Assembly: GCA_038861545.1 (NCBI GenBank)
Contig: JAWCCZ010000003.1
Coordinates: forward strand, 32,001-96,000
Direction: 5' to 3'
DNA from: Thermofilaceae archaeon
GTDB taxonomy: Archaea; Thermoproteota; Thermoprotei; Thermofilales; Thermofilaceae
Length of the DNA stretch: 64,000 nucleotides
Of the stretch, positions 1 through 9,895 are shown in pieces. Under the pieces are notes generated by a model, which saw only the letters and a program-made list of their open reading frames with translations, was not told where the DNA came from and ran no database searches. The stretch's first letter is position 1. Each line of letters starts with the position of its first letter. The position numbers and the translations under genes were made by a program.

Positions 1-105
1 GGAGAGAAATTCATCACTGCCATAGATGCTATATCTGGTAAAAGAATGGGTGCGAATGAGTTTCTTGCACATAGATCTGTGGTCAAAATTGTAGCTGGAC
101 GCTAA
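1..105 (+). CDS. 3' end of a TGS-domain GTPase/ATPase (YchF/Ola1-like), partial
   Basis: Frame 1 reads GEKFITAIDAISGKRMGANEFLAHRSVVKIVAGR*, resembling the C-terminal TGS domain of archaeal YchF; truncated by the window edge. Confidence 0.6.
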   Translation, partial: GEKFITAIDAISGKRMGANEFLAHRSVVKIVAGR

Positions 106-135
106 ATCGGGCCATTACTCTTAAAAATCCATACA

Positions 136-1011
136 GTGTCCGGCAGCAGAGGGTGTGGGCGAGTGTCGCTCATCGAACTAAAAGACATTCACTTCAGATA
201 CGCAGGTAGTGATGAATACTCATTAAAAGGCATATCCTTCTCTGCTAGCAGAGGTGAGTATGTACTCCTCGTAGGACCTTCTGGTTGCGGTAAGAGCACC
301 TTGTTGCGCCTTCTTAATGGGTTAATTCCTCATTTTTATGAAGGTGATTTGGAGGGACAGGCTGTAGTAGCTGGCTTAGATGTACGGAATACACCTACTC
401 ACATATTAGCCAAGCATGTCGGGATGGTTTTTCAAGATCCCGAAAACCAGCTTTTCCTTTCAAGTGTAGAGAGGGAAATAGCCTTTGGCTTAGAGAACAT
501 GGGATTACCTAGAGCAGAAATTAAGAATCGTGTTGAGGAAACTCTAAGGATTTTCGGACTAAAGGAATTACGGTATAAAGCCCCTTATGAGCTAAGCGGC
601 GGGCAGCAGCAAAAAGTGGCTATAGCCTCAGTTATGGCTATGGAACCCGAGATACTTGTGCTGGATGAGCCTACAGCGAATCTTGATCCCTTAAGTGCTT
701 TAGAAGTACTTTCACTCGTAAATGTGTTAGTTAAGGATGAGGGAATACTTACGATAATGGTAGAGCATCGATTGGAGCTTGCGCTTGGGTTTACATCACG
801 CTTAGTTGTAATGAATAATGGACAGTTGGTGTTTGACGGGGATCCTCGCGATGGTGTTGTTCGCGCTCATCGCTTGATTGGTTACCCTCCTGTAGTCATG
901 ACCTATAATTTAATGAAGCGAAGAGGCTTAGCTGAAAACACCATCCCTTTAACTCCTGAAGAACTAGCTGAAGAGGTGATCAAGGCATGGCCAAAGAGGA
1001 AGCAATCGTAG
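136..1011 (+). CDS. ecfA: ECF transporter ATPase (EcfA/CbiO)
   Basis: GPSGCGKST, FQDPENQ Q-loop, LSGGQQQ, LDEPT; start may be the GTG at 163. Confidence 0.93.
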   Translation: MSGSRGCGRVSLIELKDIHFRYAGSDEYSLKGISFSASRGEYVLLVGPSGCGKSTLLRLLNGLIPHFYEGDLEGQAVVAGLDVRNTPTHILAKHVGMVFQDPENQLFLSSVEREIAFGLENMGLPRAEIKNRVEETLRIFGLKELRYKAPYELSGGQQQKVAIASVMAMEPEILVLDEPTANLDPLSALEVLSLVNVLVKDEGILTIMVEHRLELALGFTSRLVVMNNGQLVFDGDPRDGVVRAHRLIGYPPVVMTYNLMKRRGLAENTIPLTPEELAEEVIKAWPKRKQS

Positions 1012-1841
1012 TCGAAAACGTATATTTCTCATATAATGGATTTGAAGTTCTTAAAGGAGTATCGCTAACTGTGAAGACCGGAGAAGTACTAGCATTAATG
1101 GGAGGAAATGGAGCTGGAAAAACCACGCTAATAAAGCAGTTTAACGGTTTGCTGAAACCGCAAAAAGGTAGAGTGCTTGTCTTTGGTACGGATACCCGGG
1201 AGGCAAGCGTTGCCCAATTAGCTAGATGGGTCGGTCTTGTATTTCAAAACCCGGATCATCAGCTTTTTTCAGAAAGTGTTGAAGAAGAAATACTATTCAC
1301 TCTAAGGAACATGGGATACCCGGAAAACCGTGTAAAGGAGCGCTGCGAATATATTCTCCGGTTATTTGATTTAAACAAGTATGGGCAACGATCACCTTAC
1401 ATGTTGAGTATTGGCGAAAGGAAAAGATTGGCGATAGCCACTGTTGTGAGCTATGACCCAGATGTGTTAGTCTTAGATGAACCAACAGCTGGGCAAGACT
1501 ATTTCAATAAGAACAAGTTAGCTAGACTAATTAATATGATGAAAATGAAGGGAAAGGGCATCGTGGTAGTCACACATGATATGGAATTCGCTACTCAAAT
1601 AGCAGATAGAGTGGCTTTGATGGCAGATGGGAGAATAGCGAAGGTGGGGTCAGCTAGAGATGTACTTACTGACAGAGAGAGTTTAAAGGTTGCTAGGTTA
1701 CTACCGCCACAAATCACGTGTACGGCGGCGCTCTTGATGCAGAGGGGTTTTACTATGTCACGGATACCTATACTTCCCGGAGAGCTTTACTCTGAGCTTA
1801 CAAAGCTACTCAATTCGAGAGGAGAGGGTGGTAACTTATGA
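987..1841 (+). CDS. ecfA: ECF transporter ATPase (second EcfA subunit)
   Basis: GGNGAGKTT, FQNPDHQ, LSIGERKR, LDEPT, VTHD. Confidence 0.93.
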   Translation: MAKEEAIVVENVYFSYNGFEVLKGVSLTVKTGEVLALMGGNGAGKTTLIKQFNGLLKPQKGRVLVFGTDTREASVAQLARWVGLVFQNPDHQLFSESVEEEILFTLRNMGYPENRVKERCEYILRLFDLNKYGQRSPYMLSIGERKRLAIATVVSYDPDVLVLDEPTAGQDYFNKNKLARLINMMKMKGKGIVVVTHDMEFATQIADRVALMADGRIAKVGSARDVLTDRESLKVARLLPPQITCTAALLMQRGFTMSRIPILPGELYSELTKLLNSRGEGGNL

Positions 1842-2614
1842 GTGGAGTACTCGACATTTTCAGGTTCAGACAAAAAAATACGTTCTTGCATTCGCTTGAC
1901 CCCAGAGCAAAGTTTACAATTCTGCTAGCTCTTAGCGCCGCTTCTCTTGCTTTATCTGATCCATTTAGCCTTTCAGTTCTCTTGTCCGTTGAAATCATAC
2001 TGCTTAAAATAGCAAAATCGCTTTCAGAATGGGTTAAGTCATTAAGAGGCCTAGCCTCTATGGTGGTTTTAATATTTATACTAAACTACTTAACTTTACC
2101 TTTCAGTAAGCTATATGTCTCAGTTGCGATGTCTTTAAGGTTTCTGAGCCTCGCAACGGCTTTCTCGGTTTTCTTTTTAACAACAACCCCCGATGAAGTA
2201 TCTACTGCGCTTGAAGTTTCTGGAGTTCCTCGTGAATACACGATGATGTTCACAATGTCATTGCGTTTTGTTCCATCACTAGCTAGAGATCTACAAACAG
2301 TATCTGATGCTCTCAGATCTAGGGGTTTAGAGTTAGATCGTGGCGGTTTAAAAGAACGATTGAGGAATTACACATATCTTCTAGTTCCATTAATAGTCTA
2401 TGAGCTAAAGAGAAGCCTTATGGTTGCTGAAGCTTTAGAAGCTAGGGGTTTTGGAGCCATCAAAAAGGTTGAACCTTTTTATGAACTTCGACTCAGGATA
2501 AGAGATTACTTTGTATTAACTCTCAGCTGCTGTGCTGTCTTAATGGTAGTTATCTTACATTTAACTGGAATTTACTCATGTTTCACCTCCAAGCTTACTG
2601 GAGTTATACCTTAG
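1838..2614 (+). CDS. ecfT: ECF transporter transmembrane component EcfT/CbiQ
   Basis: LDPRAK start, hydrophobic helices, SRG and EARG motifs; no S-component gene adjacent. Confidence 0.92.
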   Translation: MSGVLDIFRFRQKNTFLHSLDPRAKFTILLALSAASLALSDPFSLSVLLSVEIILLKIAKSLSEWVKSLRGLASMVVLIFILNYLTLPFSKLYVSVAMSLRFLSLATAFSVFFLTTTPDEVSTALEVSGVPREYTMMFTMSLRFVPSLARDLQTVSDALRSRGLELDRGGLKERLRNYTYLLVPLIVYELKRSLMVAEALEARGFGAIKKVEPFYELRLRIRDYFVLTLSCCAVLMVVILHLTGIYSCFTSKLTGVIP

Positions 2615-2789
2615 GCGCAAGAACTAGGAAAACACTCTTAAGTATGAGTTTTCGTTAACAGTTTAAAATACATCCGAATTTTATTTAACTTTTGATGGAA
2701 GAAGAAATATATTTTTCATTATCGTATTCGCTATCGATTTTGGGCAATTCTAGGATAAAACTTTTACTACAGAAGATTATGTAGGATCT

Positions 2790-3725
2790 GTGCCTAAAGT
2801 TCTTGTTTGTGATCCGTTACCGGAGAAATTCATCGAATATTTGAAAGAGAAGGGCTTCGAGGTAGACGTGGTTCAAAGTCCCCCACCAAATATTTTATGC
2901 CAAATAATTATTGACTATGATGCAATAATCGTTAGAAGTGCGACAAAGGTAACCGCCGAAGTAATAAAGGCTGGTAAGAGGCTAAGGTTAGTAGCAAGAG
3001 CGGGGGCTGGAGTAGACAACATAGACGTAGGAGCAGCGTTAGAGCAAGGAGTAAAGGTGGTGAATACGCCTGATGCTGTATCAAATGCAGTAGCGGAGTT
3101 GACTTTATGTCTCACGCTTTCTTTGATAAGGTCAGTGCCCTCAGCCATCAAGAGTTTAAAATCCGGCAAATGGGATAAAAAAATCTTCATTGGAAGAGAG
3201 TTAGCAGGGTTAACTGTCGGTATAGTAGGCCTAGGTAATATTGGTACCCTCGTGGCAATGAAAATGAAAGCCCTCGGCGCAAATGTAATCGCCTATAGGC
3301 GCAACGTGGATAAGCTGAAGAAGGATTCAGAGAGGCTTGGAATTGAAGCCGCCAAAAGCTTGGAAGACCTACTTAGCAGAAGTGAGCTAGTAACTCTACA
3401 CGTACCTTATGACTCTAGTACTCATCATCTTATAAACGATTCTAATATTCGACTAATGACCCGGACTTCTTACCTCATAAATACATCTAGGGCTTGGATA
3501 ATTGAGGGAAAAGCTCTATTAGCTGCTCTGAACGATGGACGTCTAGAGGGAGTAGCTATTGATGTACATTACAACGAACCCCCCTGCGAAGATTGGGAGT
3601 GGAAACTTATAAGACATCCACGCGTAATAGCAACTCCACATATAGGAGCACAAACTAAAGAGGCCAATGAAAGGATTGTAAGGCAGTTAGCCGAAAAAAT
3701 AATTGCTGAGTTCGCTGAAGCTTAG
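2790..3725 (+). CDS. D-2-hydroxyacid dehydrogenase (D-3-phosphoglycerate dehydrogenase-like, no ACT domain)
   Basis: RAGAGVDNID, GLGNIG Rossmann motif, INTSRA, TPHIGAQT. Confidence 0.88.
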   Translation: MPKVLVCDPLPEKFIEYLKEKGFEVDVVQSPPPNILCQIIIDYDAIIVRSATKVTAEVIKAGKRLRLVARAGAGVDNIDVGAALEQGVKVVNTPDAVSNAVAELTLCLTLSLIRSVPSAIKSLKSGKWDKKIFIGRELAGLTVGIVGLGNIGTLVAMKMKALGANVIAYRRNVDKLKKDSERLGIEAAKSLEDLLSRSELVTLHVPYDSSTHHLINDSNIRLMTRTSYLINTSRAWIIEGKALLAALNDGRLEGVAIDVHYNEPPCEDWEWKLIRHPRVIATPHIGAQTKEANERIVRQLAEKIIAEFAEA

Positions 3726-3764
3726 CGTGCAATTTTTAAAGGGAGACCTTTGCTCTCTATAACT

Positions 3765-4292
3765 ATGGGATATTACAAGTACATTTCCCAGCTATGGAAG
3801 CGCTCGTTAAATAAGCCGTTGGTTGAATTATACAGGAAAAGATTAGTTGAATGGAGACGACAGCAATCGATAGTTAGAGTTGAGAAACCTACACGTATAA
3901 ACCGGGCTCGAGCCTTAGGATATAAGGCTAAGCAAGGCTTCATTGTTGTTAGAGTTAGGGTTCGAAAAGGCGGTTTAAATAGGCCTAGACCCAGCTCGGG
4001 GAGAAGACCTAAAAGAATGGGAGCAGTCAAGTATACTCCTCATAAAAGTTCACAGTTTATAGCTGAAGAAAGAGTGGCCAAAAAATATCCTAACTTAATT
4101 TTGCTTGGGTCATACTGGGTCGGTGAAGATGGTAAATATGAATGGTATGAAATAATCATGGTTGATCCTGAAAATCCATGCATTAAAAGCGATACCGAGA
4201 GAAATTGGGTAAGTGGGATAAGTAAAAAAGTTAAATATAAATCCAATAAAATAAAAAGAGTTCTTGATAAAATAGAGAAGAGAACCGGATAG
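3765..4292 (+). CDS. rpl15e: 50S ribosomal protein L15e
   Basis: [27 protein letters not shown]; ATG 3765 preferred to TTG 3750. Confidence 0.97.
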   Translation: MGYYKYISQLWKRSLNKPLVELYRKRLVEWRRQQSIVRVEKPTRINRARALGYKAKQGFIVVRVRVRKGGLNRPRPSSGRRPKRMGAVKYTPHKSSQFIAEERVAKKYPNLILLGSYWVGEDGKYEWYEIIMVDPENPCIKSDTERNWVSGISKKVKYKSNKIKRVLDKIEKRTG

Positions 4293-4298
4293 ATTCCT

Positions 4299-4748
4299 GT
4301 GAAGCCCTTTATAAGTTCCTTGGAGATATTTACTCTTTGCCATGCTACCGAGAATTCGGAAAAAGTGAAAAGAAGTATTATGAATTTGTTACCCTTTTCA
4401 ATTAAAACTTTATATGAAAGTTTAATCGATGTAACTTTACTTGAGGGTCATTACGGAAATCCGATATTTTTTCTTAAACTTAAAATAGATAATTCTGTCC
4501 ATGCAACTTTGATAATTAAGCATTTAATGAAGAATTTAGACCCTTCAGATATTTTGAATTTGGAGACGGCAATTGATTTACATCAGGATTCGAGTGGTAA
4601 CCTATACTTAAGGTTTGACAAGCAACAAGCCTATCTTGGACGGGTTAAATTGAATAAAGGTGATGATGTAATTAAGATAAAAATAAGATTTAAGCCGTTC
4701 GCGAGGCAGGAATTTAAATCGAGAGGGTTAAGGGTTTTTTTAGAATGA
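4299..4748 (+). CDS. DUF54 family putative RNA-binding protein
   Basis: HATE, GHYGNPI, LYLRFDKQ motifs; conserved rpl15e-RNase P-psmA neighbourhood. Confidence 0.85.
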   Translation: MKPFISSLEIFTLCHATENSEKVKRSIMNLLPFSIKTLYESLIDVTLLEGHYGNPIFFLKLKIDNSVHATLIIKHLMKNLDPSDILNLETAIDLHQDSSGNLYLRFDKQQAYLGRVKLNKGDDVIKIKIRFKPFARQEFKSRGLRVFLE

Positions 4749-5494
4749 AAAAAAGAAAGTTCTACGACCTTTTTGTAAGCGCCGATTGTATCACAGATGG
4801 AGTTCTCGATTGCTTAAAAGGACTTGGATTTAGCGGCGTTGGCGCGGTGGTTAGTATAGGGCGGTTAATGTCATCACCAGGTCATTCAATGGAATTGATT
4901 GAGTCTTTAAGACGAAGAGGTTTAGAGTTAGATATGGATATAGCATCTAGGTTAACTATCGATAAGCCGTTTGATGAGGATTTAATAAAGAAGATTTTAA
5001 GAAAATATAGAAAAAAATTTGAGATAATATCAATTCAACCCTTAAGGAGAGGGATAACCGCTTTTGCCTGTAGGGATACAAGGATCGATATTCTGACTCT
5101 TTCACTAGGCACTAAAATATTCAGAGGCGATATCGATTATATTAGGATGTATGATAAGAGGGTTGAAATCACACTAAGATTGCTCCAGCAGGCGGATATC
5201 CATGGAAAAGCTAAGGTTCTAGCTTATTATCAAGACATATTAAGGAAACTTTGTAGGAAAAAAATGTCTACTATACTTCTGTTTTCTTCAGGAGCCCAAG
5301 ACCGAAGGGAGTTACGCGATCCTAGGATGATGGCTTCAATACTCCATACACTAGGCTTGAGTTACGATGAAGCATTGAATATTATTTCAACATATCCAGC
5401 AAGGCTTGTAAATGAGAACAGAGATAAGCTGAGAGGATTAGTGCCGGCGAGGGGAGTTAAAATATTAGAAGACGAAAATATAACCAAGTATTAA
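4745..5494 (+). CDS. rnp3: RNase P protein Rpp30
   Basis: ACRDTRIDIL, SSGA..RDPR motifs; next to Pop5 and psmA. Confidence 0.85.
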   Translation: MKKRKFYDLFVSADCITDGVLDCLKGLGFSGVGAVVSIGRLMSSPGHSMELIESLRRRGLELDMDIASRLTIDKPFDEDLIKKILRKYRKKFEIISIQPLRRGITAFACRDTRIDILTLSLGTKIFRGDIDYIRMYDKRVEITLRLLQQADIHGKAKVLAYYQDILRKLCRKKMSTILLFSSGAQDRRELRDPRMMASILHTLGLSYDEALNIISTYPARLVNENRDKLRGLVPARGVKILEDENITKY

Positions 5495-5581
5495 TTAGAA
5501 CATAGTTACATTCAATTTGCTATATGAAAGACATAGGTGATATTTAAAAGATTTTTCTACCACCTTTAGCTCGCTTATAGT

Positions 5582-5881
5582 ATGGTTTACCGTTATATGG
5601 TACTTCGAATTCAAGAAGCCAGTAACCTAGTTTCGGAAATCAATAACGCAGTACTAGAGTTATGGGGTGTTAAGGGATTAGCGGATACGATGCCTGAAGT
5701 GGTTCACCTGGACTTAGTAAACAGTATCGCAATCCTTCGCGTGAAAAGGAGGGGTCTTCACTTAGTTAAAGCCGCTCTTGCCGCATACCGCAAACAACTG
5801 GCGATTATATTAAAAGTAACTGGGTCTTATAAAAGGGCATTAAAGTTTGCAGAAAACATAAGCAAAAAACCAAGTTTTTAA
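5582..5881 (+). CDS. rnp2: RNase P protein Pop5/Rpp14
   Basis: RYMV, LWG..G, ILRV, VTGS pattern; synteny. Confidence 0.8.
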   Translation: MVYRYMVLRIQEASNLVSEINNAVLELWGVKGLADTMPEVVHLDLVNSIAILRVKRRGLHLVKAALAAYRKQLAIILKVTGSYKRALKFAENISKKPSF

Positions 5882-5883
5882 GC

Positions 5884-6627
5884 ATGCTATACGGTACTTC
5901 TATGGTGGACGAGATGTTTACACCTCCAGGAGTGGGCTATGATAGAGCAGTTGCATTATTTTCACCTGATGGAAGACTCTTTCAGGTAGAGTACGCGCAT
6001 GAGGCTGTTAGAAAAGGGTCAACGACTATAGGGATCAAAGTGACTGAGGGAGTTGTTCTAGCTGCTGAGAAAAGACAACCCTCTAGGCTGGCTGAAAGCG
6101 CGGAGAAAATCAAGAGGGTTGATGAACACATAGGCCTAGCTTTTTCAGGTTTATTCGGAGATGCTAGAGTATTGATAGATGACGCTAGAGTCCACGCGCA
6201 AATATACAGACTCACATATGGTGAACGGATACCAGTAGAATTGTTAGCTAAAAGGATATGTGATATAAAGCAAGTTTACACGCAGCACGGAGGCGTTAGA
6301 CCTTTTGGTGTATCTTTTTTGATAGCTGGCGTAGATAGGCATGGACCGCATTTAATAATGACGGATCCTGGTGGAAGTTATATGAGCTATAAGGCTGAAG
6401 CCATAGGTGCGGGAGCTCAAGCAGCAAAAGACTTTCTAGAACAGACCCACAGCGATAATGCAGATCTTGAAGAAACAGTATTATTAGCGCTAAAAGCACT
6501 CGATAAGGCAATTGAAGGCGGAGTAACACCCCCCAAGGTGGAGATGGCTGTAGTTACAGTAAAAGATCAAACTTTTAGAATATTATCACAAAATGAAATT
6601 AATGAATATTTTAATAAAATGCGCTAA
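5884..6627 (+). CDS. psmA: Proteasome alpha subunit
   Basis: YDRAVALFSPDGRLFQVEYA, GGVRPFGVS. Confidence 0.97.
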   Translation: MLYGTSMVDEMFTPPGVGYDRAVALFSPDGRLFQVEYAHEAVRKGSTTIGIKVTEGVVLAAEKRQPSRLAESAEKIKRVDEHIGLAFSGLFGDARVLIDDARVHAQIYRLTYGERIPVELLAKRICDIKQVYTQHGGVRPFGVSFLIAGVDRHGPHLIMTDPGGSYMSYKAEAIGAGAQAAKDFLEQTHSDNADLEETVLLALKALDKAIEGGVTPPKVEMAVVTVKDQTFRILSQNEINEYFNKMR

Positions 6628-6674
6628 AATAATGGTGTCTTATTGTTAATACTATATTTATAAATCGAGTTAAA

Positions 6675-8567
6675 ATGACACATCAACAAAAAAGAGAACG
6701 CATTAGAAAATTCATTAAAATATTAACAAAAGTAAGCATTTCTCTTTACTGGTGTGACGTTTGTAACGTACCTTTGTTAACACGAATTTGTGGAAAGTGT
6801 AATCAAGAAGGTAGAATTGTTTTCTTGACATCGCCTGCAGACGCTAGGCCAGCGTTGGGGGTAGAGCTCTCCGATTTTCGAAAGGCAGTTGAAGCCGAGG
6901 TAGACGGCGAGTATCCCTACCCGTGCCGCAAAGTAGTTCTCTTTAACAAGGTTTCCTATCCAGATGCGGCAGATGAGGTAGTGATTGACGGTTACATTGT
7001 AGGCCACCGCTACTATGATCTTGAAGAAAAGATATGGAGGTTTAAGCCTCTCTACGTAGGCGCCTCTGATATTCTGAGAAAAAAGACGGGCTACTACGCT
7101 ATCGTTAATTTAGCTAAATTAACTAGAAATTACGAGATTCATAAAGATAAAATATTAGAAGCTAGTTTTCCTCCTCAAGGAGAAAAACATTATGTTGTTC
7201 TAGCTACAACTTCAGGATATGAAGGCATCGGCGTAGTTACAGGACCCGGACGAATACGTGTACTTAAAAGCTGGTTGAGAAAAAACTACAGATGGAAGGC
7301 TAGAGACCCCGATTGGCAGGAAGTTGTCGAAGCAAATGAAGCAAGGCTTGTCATTTTAGAGCAAGATGCGGTAGATTTCATTAGAAAGATAAGTGACGAG
7401 ATGGGTTTACCGGCCTTAGTTTCCTTTAGCGGAGGAAAGGACAGCTTAGTAACTTACCATTTAATTGAAAAAGCATTAGGTAAAGTTCCAATACTTTTCA
7501 ACGATACTGGTTTAGAGTTGCCAGAGACCATAGAATACGTCAAGGAATTTGCTAAAAGTCATGGGGTGGAGATTATTTTCGCAAATGCTAACAACGCATT
7601 TTGGCGTGGGCTAGCGGTATTAGGTCCACCCGCCCGCGATTATCGATGGTGCTGCAAGATTTGTAAGTTAGTCCCAACTGCCGGTGCAATAAATAGCTTT
7701 TTTAAGCAAGGAGTACTAAGTTTTGTGGGACAACGAAGGCTAGAATCCGCAGCGCGCGCTGCGAGTCCTCGAGTATATAGAAACAGATGGCTCCCCCAAA
7801 CAGTAGTTGCAGCACCTATTTTAAACTGGAGCGCGCTTGAAGTTTGGCTTTACATATTTAAGGAAAAATTAGAAGTTAACCCTCTATACTCGAATGGATT
7901 CGATAGGCTCGGTTGTTGGCTGTGCCCAGCTGTAGAGCTTGGCGAGGTTGAGTACCTCAAACGCAGTCACCCTGAGCTTTGGAGTATGTGGGAGGAGAAA
8001 CTTAAATCCTATGCAGAGAAACATGGTATCCCTGAAGATTGGTTACGCTTAGCTTTATGGCGTTGGGTACATCCACCTGGGGACATTTCCCGGTTGGCTA
8101 AGAACGTTTTAACACACGTGCTGCGAGCTCGTAGGGTGAAAATATGTTCTAGACCCGATTCCGAATACGTTGCCGTGAAAAATCCCTTGCACCAGGTTGA
8201 CGCTTACATGCTTAGTAACACACTAACCGCACTAGGTGAAGTGCGTATACATGATTTCGCAACATTATTTATCGATGGAATAAAAATTACCATGGTTAAC
8301 AAAGGCGAAGAGTTAGAAGTATATTCCATGGGATTGCTTGGAAGAGAGAGATTAGCTAAATCCGTTATTAGGGCTTCACTATGCGTAGGTTGCGGCTCTT
8401 GTATGCTCTGGTGCACACGTTCCGCAGTAAACATCAGCGGAGGAGTTCTTCATACAGATTTATCACTTTGTAACCATTGCGGCATATGTAACGATGTGTG
8501 CCCTGTTGCCGAGTACACACTCCGAAATCTAAAATTTAACGTTCCTCAAGAGGGGATTGACAAATAG
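6675..8567 (+). CDS. PAPS-reductase family protein with N-terminal Zn ribbon and C-terminal 2x[4Fe-4S] domain
   Basis: WCDVCNVPLL, SFSGGKDS, RWCCKICK, RLGCWLCP, C-terminal CxxCxxC clusters. Confidence 0.85.
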   Translation: MTHQQKRERIRKFIKILTKVSISLYWCDVCNVPLLTRICGKCNQEGRIVFLTSPADARPALGVELSDFRKAVEAEVDGEYPYPCRKVVLFNKVSYPDAADEVVIDGYIVGHRYYDLEEKIWRFKPLYVGASDILRKKTGYYAIVNLAKLTRNYEIHKDKILEASFPPQGEKHYVVLATTSGYEGIGVVTGPGRIRVLKSWLRKNYRWKARDPDWQEVVEANEARLVILEQDAVDFIRKISDEMGLPALVSFSGGKDSLVTYHLIEKALGKVPILFNDTGLELPETIEYVKEFAKSHGVEIIFANANNAFWRGLAVLGPPARDYRWCCKICKLVPTAGAINSFFKQGVLSFVGQRRLESAARAASPRVYRNRWLPQTVVAAPILNWSALEVWLYIFKEKLEVNPLYSNGFDRLGCWLCPAVELGEVEYLKRSHPELWSMWEEKLKSYAEKHGIPEDWLRLALWRWVHPPGDISRLAKNVLTHVLRARRVKICSRPDSEYVAVKNPLHQVDAYMLSNTLTALGEVRIHDFATLFIDGIKITMVNKGEELEVYSMGLLGRERLAKSVIRASLCVGCGSCMLWCTRSAVNISGGVLHTDLSLCNHCGICNDVCPVAEYTLRNLKFNVPQEGIDK

Positions 8568-8712
8568 GACATTTACCGTATACCTTCTTATGACATGTAG
8601 GACAATATAGGACTTCACATTTTGAACATTTGTATAATTCATCTCCTCTATACAGTTTTTTACCACAGCGGATGCATCTACCTATTACCAACATTTTTGG
8701 AACGTAAGCCAC
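8536..8712 (-). CDS. Small 8-Cys zinc-finger protein (C4C4 RING-like), 58 aa, not in ORF track
   Basis: GTG start with GGTGA SD-like motif; MAYVPKMLVIGRCIRCGKKLYRGDELYKCSKCEVLYCPTCHKKVYGKCPICQSPLEER*, four CxxC pairs. Confidence 0.8.
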   Translation of the reverse strand: MAYVPKMLVIGRCIRCGKKLYRGDELYKCSKCEVLYCPTCHKKVYGKCPICQSPLEER

Positions 8713-8974
8713 TCAAATCACCAGCGCGCAAGAGGCTTCGCCCCCCATTATAAACATTAGCGCGCTGATATCACGCCTATACTTGACTAGAAATGGAAAA
8801 GTGTTTAAGTTTAAGCGCTTTATACTTATTGATTTTTTTCTCGGCCAGCTTCTTCATAAAATTATTAAACGGCTGTAATAGTTTTCAGCTATGTAGACTA
8901 GATATCCGTCTCTGCATGATATGTGTACACGCAGAAGATAAATACCTGCTTACATATATCAGCAGGAACCGAAT

Positions 8975-9262
8975 ATGCCGAAAAAGCGGAAGAGCAGAGG
9001 GCGGCACAAAGGCGGAAAAGGCAAAGAAGATATAGTACAATGTGACGAATGTGGCGCGCTCATACCTAGATCGAAAGCCGTTAAAATTACCAGGCGGTAT
9101 TCTCCAATAGACCCTCAGCTGGCTAAAGAGTTGAGGAGTAAGGGCTCTATAATTCCAACATACGAGGTAACTAAGTATCTCTGTATAAATTGCGCGATCT
9201 TCCGAGGGATAATAAAGGTAAGGGCTGAAGATGAGCGGAAGAAAAAAACAATATCAGGCTAG
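8975..9262 (+). CDS. rps26e: 30S ribosomal protein S26e
   Basis: MPKKRKSRGRHKG, CDECG..IPRSKA, CINCAI. Confidence 0.96.
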   Translation: MPKKRKSRGRHKGGKGKEDIVQCDECGALIPRSKAVKITRRYSPIDPQLAKELRSKGSIIPTYEVTKYLCINCAIFRGIIKVRAEDERKKKTISG

Positions 9263-9274
9263 AATTCCAAGCAA

Positions 9275-9895
9275 ATGGATCTAACACTTAGGTCATCGGA
9301 TATAAAAAGGGTTTTTGCTGTAAAGGCATCGCTCGCTTGCTCTGGTGGAAAAATTAACGCTAAGGCACTAGCCTCACACGGCAGGCTGGATGTAGTAGCT
9401 AGGGCTATACTAGCAGCTCTATCTTTAAGAGCTGGTACTAGGTTAGACACAGTTTTTTATGCTACCCTCGAAGGATTACCTCACCCGCCGATAACTATTG
9501 AAGTTAGAGGTTGGGAACTTAAGCATCCGATAGGAAGTGAAGAAGATATTGGAAATTTACTGTCAAGGCTTTTCTTGGGTCATCACATTGAAGGGGTGGA
9601 TGCTTGGGAGATGAGTTTTAAGGAATTAGTTTCGGAGTTGGTGAATTCGTTTGGGTCAAAACAAGTTATTTACCTACATGAAGCAGGCGAAGATATATCC
9701 AATCTAAGCTTAGAGGGTAAAATAGCAGTATTACTCGGTGATCATAAAGGCATCGATAGGAAAACTGAAACGTGGATTAAGTTCCTGGGAATACGTTGGT
9801 TTAGCCTTAGTCCTCAACCGTACTTTACCGAGCATTGTATTTCTTTTATCAATTATCTGTTAGATGAGGGCATACGTTTACTGAAGCGTTTTTAG
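9275..9895 (+). CDS. trmY: TrmY-family SPOUT methyltransferase (tRNA pseudouridine-54 N1), paralog A
   Basis: GRLDVVAR, YLHEAGEDI, LGDHKGI, SLSP, HCI. Confidence 0.82.
   Translation: MDLTLRSSDIKRVFAVKASLACSGGKINAKALASHGRLDVVARAILAALSLRAGTRLDTVFYATLEGLPHPPITIEVRGWELKHPIGSEEDIGNLLSRLFLGHHIEGVDAWEMSFKELVSELVNSFGSKQVIYLHEAGEDISNLSLEGKIAVLLGDHKGIDRKTETWIKFLGIRWFSLSPQPYFTEHCISFINYLLDEGIRLLKRF

Noticed and set aside
8793-9035. 80-aa plus-strand ORF
   Set aside because: Overlaps rps26e out of frame and its promoter region; no motif
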